Notes: a model not told the origin generated them from the sequence alone. A stretch of DNA of 61,608 bases, filler included, from Stramenopiles sp. TOSAG23-3 (GCA_900128585.1; 14 parts of 14 records of this genome joined end to end with filler, not necessarily neighbours in it), one strand, 5' to 3'; shown: positions 31,958 to 44,297, counted from the first letter of the whole stretch. Made by a program: numbers and translations.

Positions 31958-32677
31958 ATGAACTCGGTAACACGCATCAGCCCCAGTGAATTGGCAGAAG
32001 CCCTTGCGGAGGGGTGTCAGGTGGGTACGCGAAGGGGGGGCACGGGTGAGGAGAAAGCCGGCAAGGCTGCCAGTAAGACCCCACCTGTAAATGCATTGAT
32101 ATTGCAACAAATGTTGGCGAGTGCACAAAACAGGTTGCGTGCATTGGAGTTAGAACTGAAAGAGGCAAACCGAAAGCTACTTTTGGAACAAAATAAATCT
32201 GCCGGTCTAATCGTGGCAAGCAGCATGGGGACCCCGTGCTCTCCCACCACACCACCACCAGTACCGGTACAGCAGTTTCCTGTTGTGGTAAGGGCGATAG
32301 TGGAGGTTGTATGCAAAGGAGTGTACGCATATGATTCCGTGACGAGCCAGTGCGAAATTCGAGGGACGTGGTACGACAAAAAAGCAGTGGATAGTACTTT
32401 ACCCAAGCACTTAAACTTTTCGTACTCAGGGAAATCAAAATTTCCGACAATTGCCCGTGGATCCTTTGAAGAAGCCGGTGCTGGAAGGACCGTGGTGCCT
32501 GAAAAGAACGTCCACTTGGAATTCAAACAAAACTCCAGACATCAAAGCTTATTTCACATTTCAGGAAGAGGGCGAAATTGTTTGGGAAAATTTACACTGA
32601 AAGGGTCGTTGAATCTTTCAGAAGGGCAAAACAAAGGGTTTGTCGTCTTGAGGAAGCGTTACGTCATCACAATGTAA
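31958..32677 (+). CDS. Hypothetical protein (coiled coil plus beta-rich C-terminal domain)
   Basis: A long ORF of higher GC than its AT-rich flanks, with ATG at 31958 and the C-terminal motif ISGRGRNCLGKFTLKG...LRKRY. Confidence 0.65.
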   Translation: MNSVTRISPSELAEALAEGCQVGTRRGGTGEEKAGKAASKTPPVNALILQQMLASAQNRLRALELELKEANRKLLLEQNKSAGLIVASSMGTPCSPTTPPPVPVQQFPVVVRAIVEVVCKGVYAYDSVTSQCEIRGTWYDKKAVDSTLPKHLNFSYSGKSKFPTIARGSFEEAGAGRTVVPEKNVHLEFKQNSRHQSLFHISGRGRNCLGKFTLKGSLNLSEGQNKGFVVLRKRYVITM

Positions 32678-32880
32678 AGACGGGCAGTGCGAAATCCCTA
32701 AATAAAATGGGGGCAACAATTTTTACAATTTCCAAATGAATCAAACACACCCAAGACAGGTAGTGTTAGCTGATCAATAGTAAACAAACATACGGGTATT
32801 ATTAAAATTTAAACCATTTAATTCGACATTAAAGTTAGGGTTCCCCAGTGCAGTTTAACCTAAAAGCAAAATGATCTCTC

Positions 32881-34320
32881 TTAAAACGTTTTACCAGTTA
32901 ACTCGACGAAACTATCAGACCGCCCGATGGCCTCAAGGTTAGTCTCAACTTCCTCGATGCCATCACTATCAACGTCGTCCAATTTTGTATAATCGCTGCT
33001 GTGCCCCATGTCGCCCGTCGGTGTCGTCGGGTCGTCGTTTATAAACGACGCGCGGTTTGCAACATACATACCGTAAAAGCCAAAGGGGGCAAACAGTAAA
33101 AATGGTAATCCCATCCACCATGTAGTACTCGAAGGGTCCCCGCTTAGAGAGTTTTGCGTTTCGGCTTCTGTGAACAACTTGCCGGCTGGAATCGTAAGTA
33201 CGAACGATGCCAAGGATCTCGCCTGTGACACTGCCCCCAACACAGTCCCTTGTTCCTCCTCGGCAACCTGCTGGACTATCAATGTATCCAAAATGGGATT
33301 GGCCAAAAACGCTACTCCATAAAAGATGCTTGGGACTGCCAGAGCCCTATAGAACGATTCCTGCACCATGGCGTAACAGACGTTTATTGCCCCAAACGAA
33401 AACATTCCTGCCAGTAGCACCGTTTTTCGCCCGTACCTCTTTATGAACCGTTTGCTGTTGGGGAGTAGAATGCACACGGTAATGGCGTTCATTGCTATAA
33501 ACGCGTAAAAAGTTGGTTTTTCGTTCGGAAAGCGGCGCTCCATGTACCCGACCAAGTTCGAAACGACGGGGGTAAATGCGGCAACGCGTAACATGTTCAG
33601 GACGGCCAATGTTTTAACATTAGGGCTGGCATGCCATAAATACGCCACCGTTTCCCGAAAGCTGACACGAGTCTTTGTGTTTTCGCCATTTGTGGATTTA
33701 TACGGCAAAATTGATACTACCAGCAACATTAATAATCCATATCCCACCAGGAAAAAGCACGCAGGCTGGGTATAACGGTCCAACTTTCCCAAATATGTAG
33801 CTTCCGTAACCCTTCCTTCGAGGAGTTCCTGACCAATACCCTTGAGGTTGGCAAATTTATTTTCCCAGAGTATTAGAAGCCCTGCTCCCATCAGAAAACT
33901 GAATGCAAAACATGCATATAATATGCCTAGGTATTTCATGTTTCCATTCGTTTGTGACATAATGTATGATTGTAACGGAAGCAATACGACACCATAGATC
34001 CCTTGGCTAATAAAGCCAGCAACGAATAGAAACTGGATCGGTAGCGTGCGGTGAAAGTAAAACATCACAGGCACCACCATCGACGCGAGTACGCAAAAGA
34101 CCAGCGGAAGTTTACTTCCCTGCCGGTCCAATACTTTACCGATAAAAACACCAGCGATAGCCCCTACAAGATTTACGAGCGTGGTGTAGCAGCTGTCAAT
34201 AAATTGCGTTTCAGTATCAGCTTCACGGCGGAGAAGAGCGAGCCAAGCCTGTTTCAAAAGTAGTGCAAAGACCCCTACCGAGAGAGGGATAACGTAAACA
34301 GCTTGCCATCGGCTTGGCAT
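32881..34320 (-). CDS. MFS transporter (tetracycline-efflux/MFSD14-like)
   Basis: About 12 TM segments, with motif-A-like GKVLDRQGSK and KRYGRK, plus EEQGTVLGAVS. Confidence 0.85.
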   Translation of the reverse strand: MPSRWQAVYVIPLSVGVFALLLKQAWLALLRREADTETQFIDSCYTTLVNLVGAIAGVFIGKVLDRQGSKLPLVFCVLASMVVPVMFYFHRTLPIQFLFVAGFISQGIYGVVLLPLQSYIMSQTNGNMKYLGILYACFAFSFLMGAGLLILWENKFANLKGIGQELLEGRVTEATYLGKLDRYTQPACFFLVGYGLLMLLVVSILPYKSTNGENTKTRVSFRETVAYLWHASPNVKTLAVLNMLRVAAFTPVVSNLVGYMERRFPNEKPTFYAFIAMNAITVCILLPNSKRFIKRYGRKTVLLAGMFSFGAINVCYAMVQESFYRALAVPSIFYGVAFLANPILDTLIVQQVAEEEQGTVLGAVSQARSLASFVLTIPAGKLFTEAETQNSLSGDPSSTTWWMGLPFLLFAPFGFYGMYVANRASFINDDPTTPTGDMGHSSDYTKLDDVDSDGIEEVETNLEAIGRSDSFVELTGKTF

Positions 34321-35339
34321 TTTTTTCTTTGTTTTTCAAAGTGGCGAGGGTCGGATGTGTTAAAATAGTACGTTCAACCCGAAACAAACCTGAAACCTTC
34401 AACAACGTTCACATTCTTCGATCTTTGCATAAGGCATACCCTCATTAGCCATTAACCGTAAGCCATATAATTGCAGAACAAAAATACAGAATCCTCCACC
34501 ACCAGCACCTCTTCTTCCTTCTTCTTCTTCTTCTTCTCTTCTTCTTCTTCTTTTCTTCTATCTTCTTCTTCTCTTCATCAATCAATCATCATCTTCATAT
34601 TATATGTTGAAGAAGTCTCTAATCTCTAATGATATGACATGTTGTTATTAATATTAAAAAAATGGAAGAAAAGAAGATCCAAACAAAAAAATTAAAAATT
34701 TATTAAAAAAAAATTCGAAGAACATTTTCATTCGTTCGCTCATTATTCATCACTCATTCGCTTCTGCAAAAATATTATAAGAAAACTAAAAGGTTTAAGG
34801 ATATTTGTTAGTCTATTTATTTCTTCAGTATTTAAAATTTAAAATAAGATCTTTTTGGCTATAGTCTCTCTTGATTATTTTTATATTTTAATAATTGAAG
34901 ATTGAATATATAGGTATATCAAAAGACACTTTGCCTTAATTAATGGCTTATTTCGTTTAACTACAATATATAAATATAGGTATTTATAATTTATAACTAT
35001 ATATTATAAGTAGTCTCTATTGTATCTTGTTTTTTCACCATTATTTTTCAGAGCGAACGAAGAACGAAGAAGAACGAAGAGAAGAAGAAGAAAGAAAAAA
35101 AAGGAGAAGTAAGAGAAAAAGAAGAAGAAAAAAAATGTCGCAGATTCAAAACAAAAAGGGAAAGTGTGAAAGTATGAAGTGACGAACGAAGAAAGACAAA
35201 AGAGATTGAAAAATCTTTCGTTTCGTCGTTCTCTTTTCACGATGTCCATGCGACTGGCAATTTAATCCATCTTTTTTTAGTAAATGGAACGGGTGGCTAT
35301 TGGTGTTTCGATATAGTTCGTTATTGTACTATATGTAAT

Positions 35340-36647
35340 ATGGAAGAACAGGGTGAGTCGTCGTTGGACGTGAAAAGGAAACGCAAGCGGAAACACGTGG
35401 CGAGCAATAATGACCGGATGCACGAGCGGAATGTATATAAAAATGGGTATAGGTTGGAGACTTTCAGTGCAACCGATGCAATTGGTCCGTTTCTTGTACG
35501 AAAAGGGGCGTACATTGATATTGATTGGAAGCGGGCAGACGTCGTCCATGCCCTGAATGCCTCGCTCTTAAAGCGCGACTTTAATTTGTCCCTTCGCTAT
35601 CCAAAAGAGCGACTTTGCCCCGCCCTGCCGCTGCGTTTGAACTATTTGTTGTGGATAGAAGATTTGCTGTCCGAGATTGTTGGATCACACACGGGGGTGA
35701 TCAATGGCATAGATATTGGGACGGGGAGTACGTGTATATTTCCTCTATTGGGGACAACGATGGCCGGTCACAAAGCGTACAAGTTTTATGGCACCGATAT
35801 AGACCCGGACTCGCTGGTGTGGGCAAAACGAAACGTGGAGCTGAACGGTCTTGGCGGCCGGATACAACTCTTTCCAGGATCGGGCTGTGCGCACTTTGCC
35901 CCGATCTTTGACACAGTCAGCATGGATGTACAGTTTCATTTTTCGGTGTGCAACCCACCGTTTTTCTCGTCCAATAGACAGTGGGACTCAAACAAGAAAT
36001 GTTCCTTTGTTGGAGTTACAACCGAAATGATAACAACGGGCGGAGAGGTGGAATTTTTGAAATTGATGATACGAGAGAGCGGTTTGGACAATGTAAGAAC
36101 GCGCTGCAAGTGGTTTACCTCTATGGTTGGCATTAAGAGCAGCATCAAAGCATTGAAACAGTTTTTGACAAGCGAAATGCGGGCGGTACGTGTCGAAACC
36201 TGCACGTTCTTTCAAGGTCGAACGTGCCGATGGGGGATAGCGTGGACATTTGTGGTTCCCCCGTCGGTCGGGTTAAAGCGGGCGAAGGTGGATCGAAGTG
36301 TGCGATCGCTCATCGAACTCCCAAATGTGACTATGTCCGTCGCCAGGGAGCGTTTGTTGTACTTTGCAACATTCCACAAGGGAACAACCCCGTCGGAGTA
36401 CAATATTGACGTCGAACAGAGCGATGTAGAGTTTGTCGTCCGAGACAGCACCCATAGTGCATTCGCACTGGTCACCCTCGCAAAATCTGGCGAGTTGGGG
36501 GCGACCGCAACAGTCGAACTGGGCGCGAGTAACACCGCGCATATTACCGGGCACAAAGCCTTTAATGTATTTACAGATAAGTTGCGCGGATGTTTACAGC
36601 TAACGCGAAGGTGGAAGAGAAGAATGACCTCTGCAGTAAAGAATTGA
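35340..36647 (+). CDS. METTL16: RNA N6-adenosine methyltransferase METTL16/RlmF family
   Basis: RLCPALPLRLNYLLWIEDL, GIDIGTGSTCIFPLL, CNPPFF, GGEVEF, WFTSMVG and QGRTCRWGIAWTF motifs. Confidence 0.92.
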   Translation: MEEQGESSLDVKRKRKRKHVASNNDRMHERNVYKNGYRLETFSATDAIGPFLVRKGAYIDIDWKRADVVHALNASLLKRDFNLSLRYPKERLCPALPLRLNYLLWIEDLLSEIVGSHTGVINGIDIGTGSTCIFPLLGTTMAGHKAYKFYGTDIDPDSLVWAKRNVELNGLGGRIQLFPGSGCAHFAPIFDTVSMDVQFHFSVCNPPFFSSNRQWDSNKKCSFVGVTTEMITTGGEVEFLKLMIRESGLDNVRTRCKWFTSMVGIKSSIKALKQFLTSEMRAVRVETCTFFQGRTCRWGIAWTFVVPPSVGLKRAKVDRSVRSLIELPNVTMSVARERLLYFATFHKGTTPSEYNIDVEQSDVEFVVRDSTHSAFALVTLAKSGELGATATVELGASNTAHITGHKAFNVFTDKLRGCLQLTRRWKRRMTSAVKN

Positions 36648-37557
36648 CCCCGGTGTATACCACTGTAATTTATTAAACAACACCAGCCACCAGGATTAAT
36701 TTAAAACTTAGAATAGAGTGTTNNNNNNNNNNNNNNNNNNNNNNNNNNNNNNNNNNNNNNNNNNNNTTAATTAATTAANNNNNNNNNNNNNNNNNNNNNN
36801 NNNNNNNNNNNNNNNNNNNNNNTTTTTTTCTTTAATAAGTGAATTTTGCTTTTGAAAAAAAATTAATCATAGAATACTGAATTATTTTATTGTACTTAGT
36901 AGTAAAGATATGGGGTGGACTAATCAATCTACCCCCCTGTCTTCAGTGCGGTACCGTGCTCTGGCGTTACCTGATTTGATCCGTTCACCTTGATGTTTTA
37001 AGTTCGCGGAATAATCGTTTCGTGTCATTTTTCATTTGTCTTTCCAGTCTCCCACCTTGACGCTATGTTTCTCAATGTTCGCGATTGTGTGGACCCCGCA
37101 ATTTTGGCTGGTGGCGCCCTTTGTCACCTCCCGATTTGAATTGTTTGTCGATTTTCCGTCGATTCGCGAGCACCCGCTTTACCCAACTAAAATATTACTG
37201 TGCGAAGTGTGGCAGAAGCTTGCGTTAGAAAAAAAAGTGCGTAAATACAGTTTTTTTCTCAAACTGTCGTGTGGATTACCTCTATGTTAGCATAGAAGAT
37301 AATCAAATATTACATTATAAAAACAAAATGCATCGTACGTTTTAATTTAATGATGAAAAAGGATAAAATGAGAGCAGTGTAAACTTTTTCTTAAAACAAA
37401 AACTAAACCACCGTATTGGGTGAACGAAAATACTGGCATATCCAGTGAAATTATCCATAAAGTTGTAATTACAATTTTATTGTTTTGGAATTCCTCGATG
37501 ACCTCAAAACGCACGAGATATCACATTCTGCAAGGGAGAAAACACGTTTCGTCAGTC

Positions 37558-38322
37558 TTACTCGTCAATTTTCTTCTTCCCGCGTAGGCGCCCAGTGCGC
37601 CTCGCACCAATCATACCAACCTTTTGTCCTGGTACAGACATTTTGTTACTCGTCGACGCGTGGCCGATATGTTGATGGTTACCACCTCCATGGGGATGCT
37701 CCACAGGATTCATCGCAACACCTCGCACTTTGGGCCAACTATTACGTTTCACGCGATATTTATGAAATGCCCGACCTGCTTTCAGCATAGGTTTCGCGTT
37801 CCGGCCACCACCAGCAACTAAGCCAACCATGCACCGACACTGGTTTTGAAATACCTTCTTAGAACCGGAGGGTAGGCGGACAATAGTTGCTTTTTTGCTT
37901 TCATCTTGGCCAATTACGGTGCAATACATGCCTGAAGTTTTCGCGATTTTGCTTCGGTCGCCGATCTGTTCCTCGATTTGGCAAACAATTGTACCTTCGG
38001 GGCACATGTACAGCGGTAGAACATTCCCAACAGCAAGTTGGGCTTTTTTCCCGCAGTATACAAACTGGCCTGCAAACATACCTTCTGCAGCTACGAATTG
38101 TTCGGTCTGCTTTTTGTAGTAGTGTGCATTTCTGAATTTCACGACGGCAAGTGGCGCCCCGCGTCCTGGATCATGGATGATATCCTTCACTACACCTTTG
38201 ACATATCCACGCCTTTCCGCATAGTCCAGGGCGCGGAACTTAGCACTTCCTTTCCTGTGTTTGGTATGGGAGCGAAAGACACTTCCCCGTCCCTTGCGTT
38301 GTCCACGTATGATTCTACCCAT
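37558..38322 (-). CDS. RPL8: 60S ribosomal protein L8 (uL2)
   Basis: [11 protein letters not shown]...[10 protein letters not shown]...[25 protein letters not shown]. Confidence 0.98.
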   Translation of the reverse strand: MGRIIRGQRKGRGSVFRSHTKHRKGSAKFRALDYAERRGYVKGVVKDIIHDPGRGAPLAVVKFRNAHYYKKQTEQFVAAEGMFAGQFVYCGKKAQLAVGNVLPLYMCPEGTIVCQIEEQIGDRSKIAKTSGMYCTVIGQDESKKATIVRLPSGSKKVFQNQCRCMVGLVAGGGRNAKPMLKAGRAFHKYRVKRNSWPKVRGVAMNPVEHPHGGGNHQHIGHASTSNKMSVPGQKVGMIGARRTGRLRGKKKIDE

Positions 38323-39073
38323 TTTTTAAGTTTCAAACTGTTCTTTTGTTGCTGGACGCGTTGACTTCGAAATTGTTACAATAATGGTTACGTTGTAGTA
38401 CGTCTGAGAGATTTGTTATTGCATCTTGAAAAGTTAACATCGTGAGCAACTAAAGTGCGTGGGGGGCTACGGGCTCCGGGCAGACAAGAAGCTTGTCTTA
38501 AAAAACTCTGTTAATTAAAATAATTAATAAAAAACAACAACAACAAAACAAGAAGAAGAAAAAAAATTAAAAAATTTGGTGGCGCTCATTGATGATGATG
38601 ATGTGCTTATGTACCACATTCCTAATTTGACACACCCTTGTCTGGTGGCGATTGTTCCCAACCAGTCAATTTTCCGTCAAAAAACCTCAGTACATATACA
38701 ACAATGGGAGAGCAAGGAGAAAACGATAGCCAATCAATTATTTAACTTTTAGCTATGTGTACGTTTTATGTAATTTCTGTATATTTCTATGTATATATAT
38801 TGCAAGTCATTACATGTATATTCATTATACAACATTACATAAACAAGACAAATATTGTTTTGGATTCTGATTCCTGGATGGATGTTTAGCTTTGCAAGGA
38901 ATAGTCTCCCACGTGAGTTAGTCTTCGCCTCCAAGTACACCTGCATGCGTGTTCAAGTCGGTCTGGCGAAGCGCACTTCCAAATTTCGTTTGAATTCCAA
39001 CAACCTGTAGTGCACAAAGCAAAGCAAATTTGTATTCCTGCCATCTCATTATATTTTGATCAACCTTTTAAAT

Positions 39074-39526
39074 ATGGGTGACTTACTAATTCAACCGGAG
39101 TTTCAGCATATTCTTCGTATGCTGAACACAAACATCGACGGTCGAACTTCTGTGCAATATGCATTGACTGCGATTCCAGGCATTGGAAGACGATTCTCCA
39201 ATTTAATCTGCAAGAAAGCAGATATCGATCTGAGGAAAAGGGCTGGAGAACTTACTCCAGAGGAAGTAGAGAAATTGATAGCAATCATTTCGAACCCCTT
39301 GCAGTTCAAAATTCCTGTATGGTACTTGAATCGAAGGAGAGATATTCAGACTGGGAAAGATGAGCAAGTTAATTCCAACGGTTTGCAGGCCAAACTTCGG
39401 GTAGACTTGGAAAGGATGAAAAAAATGAGGCTTCACCGTGGCTTGCGCCATTACTGGGGCATTCGGGTCCGCGGCCAGCACACGAAGACTACCGGTCGAA
39501 ACTCTAAAGCCGTAGGTATGCATTAA
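39074..39526 (+). CDS. RPS18: 40S ribosomal protein S18 (uS13)
   Basis: [14 protein letters not shown]...KRAGELT...[25 protein letters not shown] is at 39074. Confidence 0.98.
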   Translation: MGDLLIQPEFQHILRMLNTNIDGRTSVQYALTAIPGIGRRFSNLICKKADIDLRKRAGELTPEEVEKLIAIISNPLQFKIPVWYLNRRRDIQTGKDEQVNSNGLQAKLRVDLERMKKMRLHRGLRHYWGIRVRGQHTKTTGRNSKAVGMH

Positions 39527-39840
39527 CGAGAGAGTATAACTTTTGTGGTCCAAATGGGAAATCTTTCACTGTGAGTGTGATGACCGGCAACCTTTTTTGT
39601 ATTCTGTGTTTGAATCCCTCAATCATTATTAATATTTTTATCATTTAGCAAATTGTAAAAAACATTGAAGTATCTCTGATCAGCTCCCCATTTAAAAGCA
39701 AGTTGTGCAGTCACTTGAAGGTTGTCATCGTTACTCTCTCGGAAAACTCTGAAGTAATTGTAAAACGAGAAGGCAACTTCGATCAGGAAAAGGATCTAAT
39801 TTTACTTTTCAACTTAGTGCTTCCGATTTAAAAATTAAAA

Positions 39841-41265
39841 AAAACCTAATTCAGATTATCTAAATTATAATGTAAATGTTTTCATTTGATCACTAACCAC
39901 TCAAACTAAATTTCTCTTCCGTCCCATAACCACTCAGGGGTTAATTTTTCTGTCTTCCAAAAGTTACATTATAATGGTGCCTAGAAGAAAATTATTAACT
40001 TTCGATGGATGTTCACAAAAGGAAAAAGATAAAAGAAAAGAAACAACACGCAAACAAAACAAAAACCGAATCATAGAAACTCGAGACGGGATCAGAAAAG
40101 AAAATGGAGAAGAAGAAAAAAATTAACCTGTGAGTGGTTAGTGATCAAATGAAAACAGTTACTATTATTTTTACTTCGGAAGGGAGATTACATTTTTCAA
40201 TTAGACAGAGAAATATTTACTTAAAATTTAGATGAACTGAATTAGTTTTTTTTTTATATATAAATATATAAACCAGTGGACAAAAAAAAATACATTGCAA
40301 GGAACAATGAATTTTACAGTAGTCATATAACTTTAGATACTATATAAACAACAGCATATGTTTTGGTTTTAAATTAATTTAAGCGAAACACCTCAAGGAG
40401 AAGGACCCGGGTCTTACTGATGGTAATATTGTCAGTACAGAGGACGCACTAGCTAGTCTATATCATTTCTCGCCGACGCCTGAGGGCAAACATATTGACT
40501 ATGGTGAGAGTGACCTCAGCCACTTTTCAAGCCACAGCGAATTGCCTCGAGGAGAAGAAATTGGTCATACAAATGGTAATATCGTCCGTTCAGAGGATGC
40601 ACTGCCTAGTCTACAGTGATTTTCAAACACAGGATGAACCGGTCAACTGGGGTGAAAGTGATATCACGGATGTCTCTCTGCCACCTGAACGTGCGGGGGA
40701 TGTCAATCCATCAGGTATGCTTAATGACCGGATGGTAAAATTGCCCTTGACTGCTCGAAAAGCAAGTAACGATGGGAAGAATGGCAGGCCAATGGTGCCT
40801 GCAAGAAAATTATTAATTTTCGATGGATATTCACAAAAGCAAAGAGATAAAAGAAAAGAAACAACAAGCAAACAAAACAAAAAGCGAAAATAAAGAAACT
40901 CGAGACAGAAGTAAAGAAAATTGAGAGAGAAAGAAAAATAGCCTGAGTGGTTTACAATCCAATGGAAACATTTTAATTATAATTAGATAAACTGGATTAG
41001 TTTTTTTCTAATTATGACAAGAGGGTAAAATCGCCCCCGACTTCTCGAAAAGCAAGTAACGTTGGGAGAAAATTATTAATTTTCGATGGATGTTCACAAA
41101 AGCAAGAAGATAAAAGAAACAACAAGTAAACAAAACAAAAAGTGAAATTATAGAAACTCGAGACGGAAGCAGAAAAGAAAACGGAGAAGGAAAAAAAATT
41201 AACCTGTGAGTGGTTTACAATCAAATGAAAACACTCACTTTACAATCAAATGGAAACATTTATTT
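39841..41265. repeat. Cluster of ~200-bp repeats (three direct copies plus one inverted partial copy)
   Basis: agaaaattattaa(c/t)tttcgatggat(g/a)ttcacaaaa...agaaactcgagac...tgagtggtt occurs at about 39974, 40792 and 41067. An inverted end lies at 39841-39957. Confidence 0.85.
40390..40715 (+). pseudogene. Two tandem decayed copies of the PxGE..TNGNIV..EDAL..EPVxWGESD module
   Basis: PQGEGP/GLTDGNIVSTEDALASL...EGKHIDYGESD...PRGEEIGHTNGNIVRSEDALPSLQ*.../QDEPVNWGESD, with frameshifts and a stop. It is homologous to 22006-22140. Confidence 0.55.
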
Positions 41266-41964
41266 TAGGTTTTTTTTATATCTTTAAAACATTTATGCCG
41301 CTGTGTACTTTTAAGACCAATCAATTGGAATCTTGACCAGAACTTGGGGAGGATCTGCATTTTCTTTAATTTTAATTTACTATAAAAAATAACAGCCAAT
41401 TTTCTTGTTACATTAAATAACAGCATCTTGGTTTCAAATGAAACACATTTTTGACTACGGGTCGTTTGAAATCGTCTCAAATCCAAAATATCCAATCGGA
41501 TCATGGATGGAGTACACCAGAGAATGATAGTCTAGACTAAGCGACCAGAGTAAATTGATTAGGAAAAGCGCAGGGGCAGAGATGAGTTTTATTTAACTAC
41601 TTTCGTAGCTAAGTAACAAATTTGTTTCTTAAAAATAAAACACAAAATAAATTTGAATTTAATTAAACATAAAACTTTGTGATATTCGTACGTACCATTT
41701 TTGCAAAACACGAATATGAAAATGCACTTGTCCTTCGTAAATAAAATCATGACTGATATTTTAAAAAGAATTTTTTTATAAAGTTAACTGTTTCCCCCGT
41801 TTGTTCCAGATTTACATCATTCTTACGAGTCTTAAGACTGAAACCACTACAGTGTTTTCCTGCCTTTACCGGAGTGCGAAGATGTTCATACGCCAATATT
41901 TCCTATGGCTCTCAAGAAACAGCATAACTCAAACAAACAATGTACGTTCTGAATCAGAAAATAC

Positions 41965-42359
41965 TCAATTTTTTAGTACTTTCTTTGCTTTAGTTCCCTC
42001 GCGAAACCCATTCTTTGCCCTTCGAGGTAGGTGTCGCTTGTGCTTCATACGCCCTGTTCCCTCACAGCGTCTACGTGCAGCTTTCATATGATGATGGTAA
42101 CTGCGCATTTTCTTTAAGGGATATCCACAGGAAGCACACTGCTTTTTCTGAATATGAAAAGAGCTTTTCCCACAACGACGGCAAAGCGTGTGCGATTTTG
42201 AATGCCGTTTACCAAAACTAGTTGTTCCTTTAGTCTGCAGAAGAATTCAAGGGGGAAATGTTAGAAGCGTGCAAAGAGAGAACAAGAACTCGAGTACGGC
42301 GCAGGTGCGGGTGGAGGACGGAAGCATTGGAGTTAAATTTGTTTTTGATCACTTACCAT
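41965..42359 (-). CDS. RPL37: 60S ribosomal protein L37 (eL37); exons 42357-42359 and 41965-42234, intron 42235-42356
   Basis: ATG|GTAAGT...CTAAC...TGCAG|ACTAAAGGA gives [40 protein letters not shown]...GTGRMKH...GFREGT (90 aa). It is absent from the ORF track. Confidence 0.95.
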
Positions 42360-43482
42360 GCTGAGTGTTTTCTGAAGTTCTTTCTGGGTTGTTTAAAAAT
42401 ACGGTTCTCGAAATGTGTACAATGTCCTTTTGAAACAGAATATTTCCGACGCCCGATTTTATCGCCTGATTCCGAAGCGTGCTGCTGCTTCTCATATACG
42501 GTATGTCATTTTTCCAATAAATATATATATATAATTATTATCATTTTTTTATTTATTCTCTGGTCTCATCATCCTTCGCCCGCCCGGACGAGTGGCTGTG
42601 ACACCAACCATCCATTCGAATTGTCTTTAAGGTGATATATTTGTTAGAGAATATTTTCCAATGTCAGTATGTTTTTTAGTAATAATTACCTTAACAATAT
42701 ACAGTTTTTTCTGTGAAGGAAAGGAAGGAGAGGAGGACAGGATTAAGAATGTAAAAATGTTGGAAAGTTTTTGAGACTAACGGTGTAGTACACCTGTAAA
42801 AACATTTTAATCAGTTTTTGGTAGAGCAGAATCGACGATTTAAGGGGGAGGTACGGTCTGGAGGGTGTTTTCTTCTTTTTTACAAAAAAACGATCATTTT
42901 TACTCAATTTTTATGTGTTTTACGTAATTATGTTGTTGTAGTAACAACCGAANNNNNNNNNNNNNNNNNNNNNNNNNNNNNNNNNNNNNNNNNNNNTTAA
43001 TTAATTAANNNNNNNNNNNNNNNNNNNNNNNNNNNNNNNNNNNNNNNNNNNNTACTTGTTATTACCCATTATTATTACCCATCTCATATCATCATTATTA
43101 TTTTTTTATTATTTTATTATTTATTATTATTATGAAGAAGAAGTATAAATATATGAACAAAGACAAAAAATTATTTGTTGTAATAATAACGTTATAGTGT
43201 GTATATAGTATAGTATTATTATTATTATTATTAGTAGTAGAAAAAAACTTCTACTACTACTACTTCAACACTGCCGAGGTTTAATATGTTTCTATTCATA
43301 TATACTAGAGTATACATTTACATTTTGGTCAAGAAATATACAAACCAACGACAATACTCATTTTGTTATTCTCGTTTACAGTTAAACAAAGGTCTTACAT
43401 TCCAGCCTTGAAAAAAGTCATTAGTTTTTGTCTTTCGGGGCAGATTATTGTACAACGCCCAGGGCCGGTTAAAGAGCAAAGG

Positions 43483-44073
43483 ATGCCGTTGTCACAGTAC
43501 AAGCGCGTCACGAACGTTTGGAAAGCTGCGGGAGATGGGGACTTAAAGCGCATTAAATCATGGTTGAAATTGTTGACGAAGAAAGACAGGTGTTGTTCCA
43601 GACTAGATGAAATAGAACCGTGGAGCGGTTGGACTGCCCTCATGATGGCAGCCGGAAACAATCGATTGGAAGTGGTGAAAGCGTTGATCGCCCACGGGGC
43701 TGACGTTATGTGCCGTAACGATGAAGGCGAAACTGCGGCCCACTTGGCCGCAAAAAGTGGCTTCTGCAAAATTTTGAAACTGTTAATAGACCAAAACCCA
43801 GCCCTGCTGCGGGTTCATAGTACCCCTTCCCGACCCGACGTTGACGAACCGCAAACTGCGTTGCACTACGCGTGCGATGCAAATCGAATACATGCCGTCA
43901 ACCTTATGTTTCGAATGGACGAATCTCGGACGAAGAATTTGGTTGGGGTCTTAGGAACTGATTTTTCGTACAAGGATCGAATCAACGAGATCATACAGGA
44001 GCAGATTACAGAAATGAACAATGCCGAGTTTATGGAACGAGGGCGGCAGATGAAAGAATCCCTTGGGTTTTAG
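43483..44073 (+). CDS. Ankyrin-repeat protein
   Basis: GWTALMMAAGNNRLEVVKALIAHGADV, GETAAHLAA and QTALHYAC repeats. ATG is at 43483. Confidence 0.88.
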   Translation: MPLSQYKRVTNVWKAAGDGDLKRIKSWLKLLTKKDRCCSRLDEIEPWSGWTALMMAAGNNRLEVVKALIAHGADVMCRNDEGETAAHLAAKSGFCKILKLLIDQNPALLRVHSTPSRPDVDEPQTALHYACDANRIHAVNLMFRMDESRTKNLVGVLGTDFSYKDRINEIIQEQITEMNNAEFMERGRQMKESLGF

Positions 44074-44297
44074 CCTTTTGATTTACACAGGACTTGTTGT
44101 GTGTGTTGGTTTATCAATAAAAAGTATGTTTTATGTGATACTCTTCACTTTATAACTTTAAACGTAATTCGTACGTAAAAAACAAGAAAATTGGCTGTTA
44201 TTTAAGTAAACGAATAACTTAAATAATTTACTCACCGGACGAAAATATACGCACATAAAACCTGGCGCCACCACGGCTGCTAAGGGGCACCTTCTTC

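Noticed and set aside
34500-35250. Phe/Ser/Leu-rich short ORFs in AT-rich intergenic DNA (also 31627-31827 and 46539-46751)
   Set aside because: They are translations of (CTT)n and poly-T low-complexity tracts.
36940-37290. Moderately GC-rich stretch downstream of RPL8
   Set aside because: No recognisable ORF or RNA motif; it may be UTR or a gene relic.
38588-39685. TGATGA boxes near the ribosomal-protein genes as possible C/D snoRNAs
   Set aside because: No properly spaced CTGA box with a terminal stem or recognisable rRNA guide; the first is a (GAT)n microsatellite.
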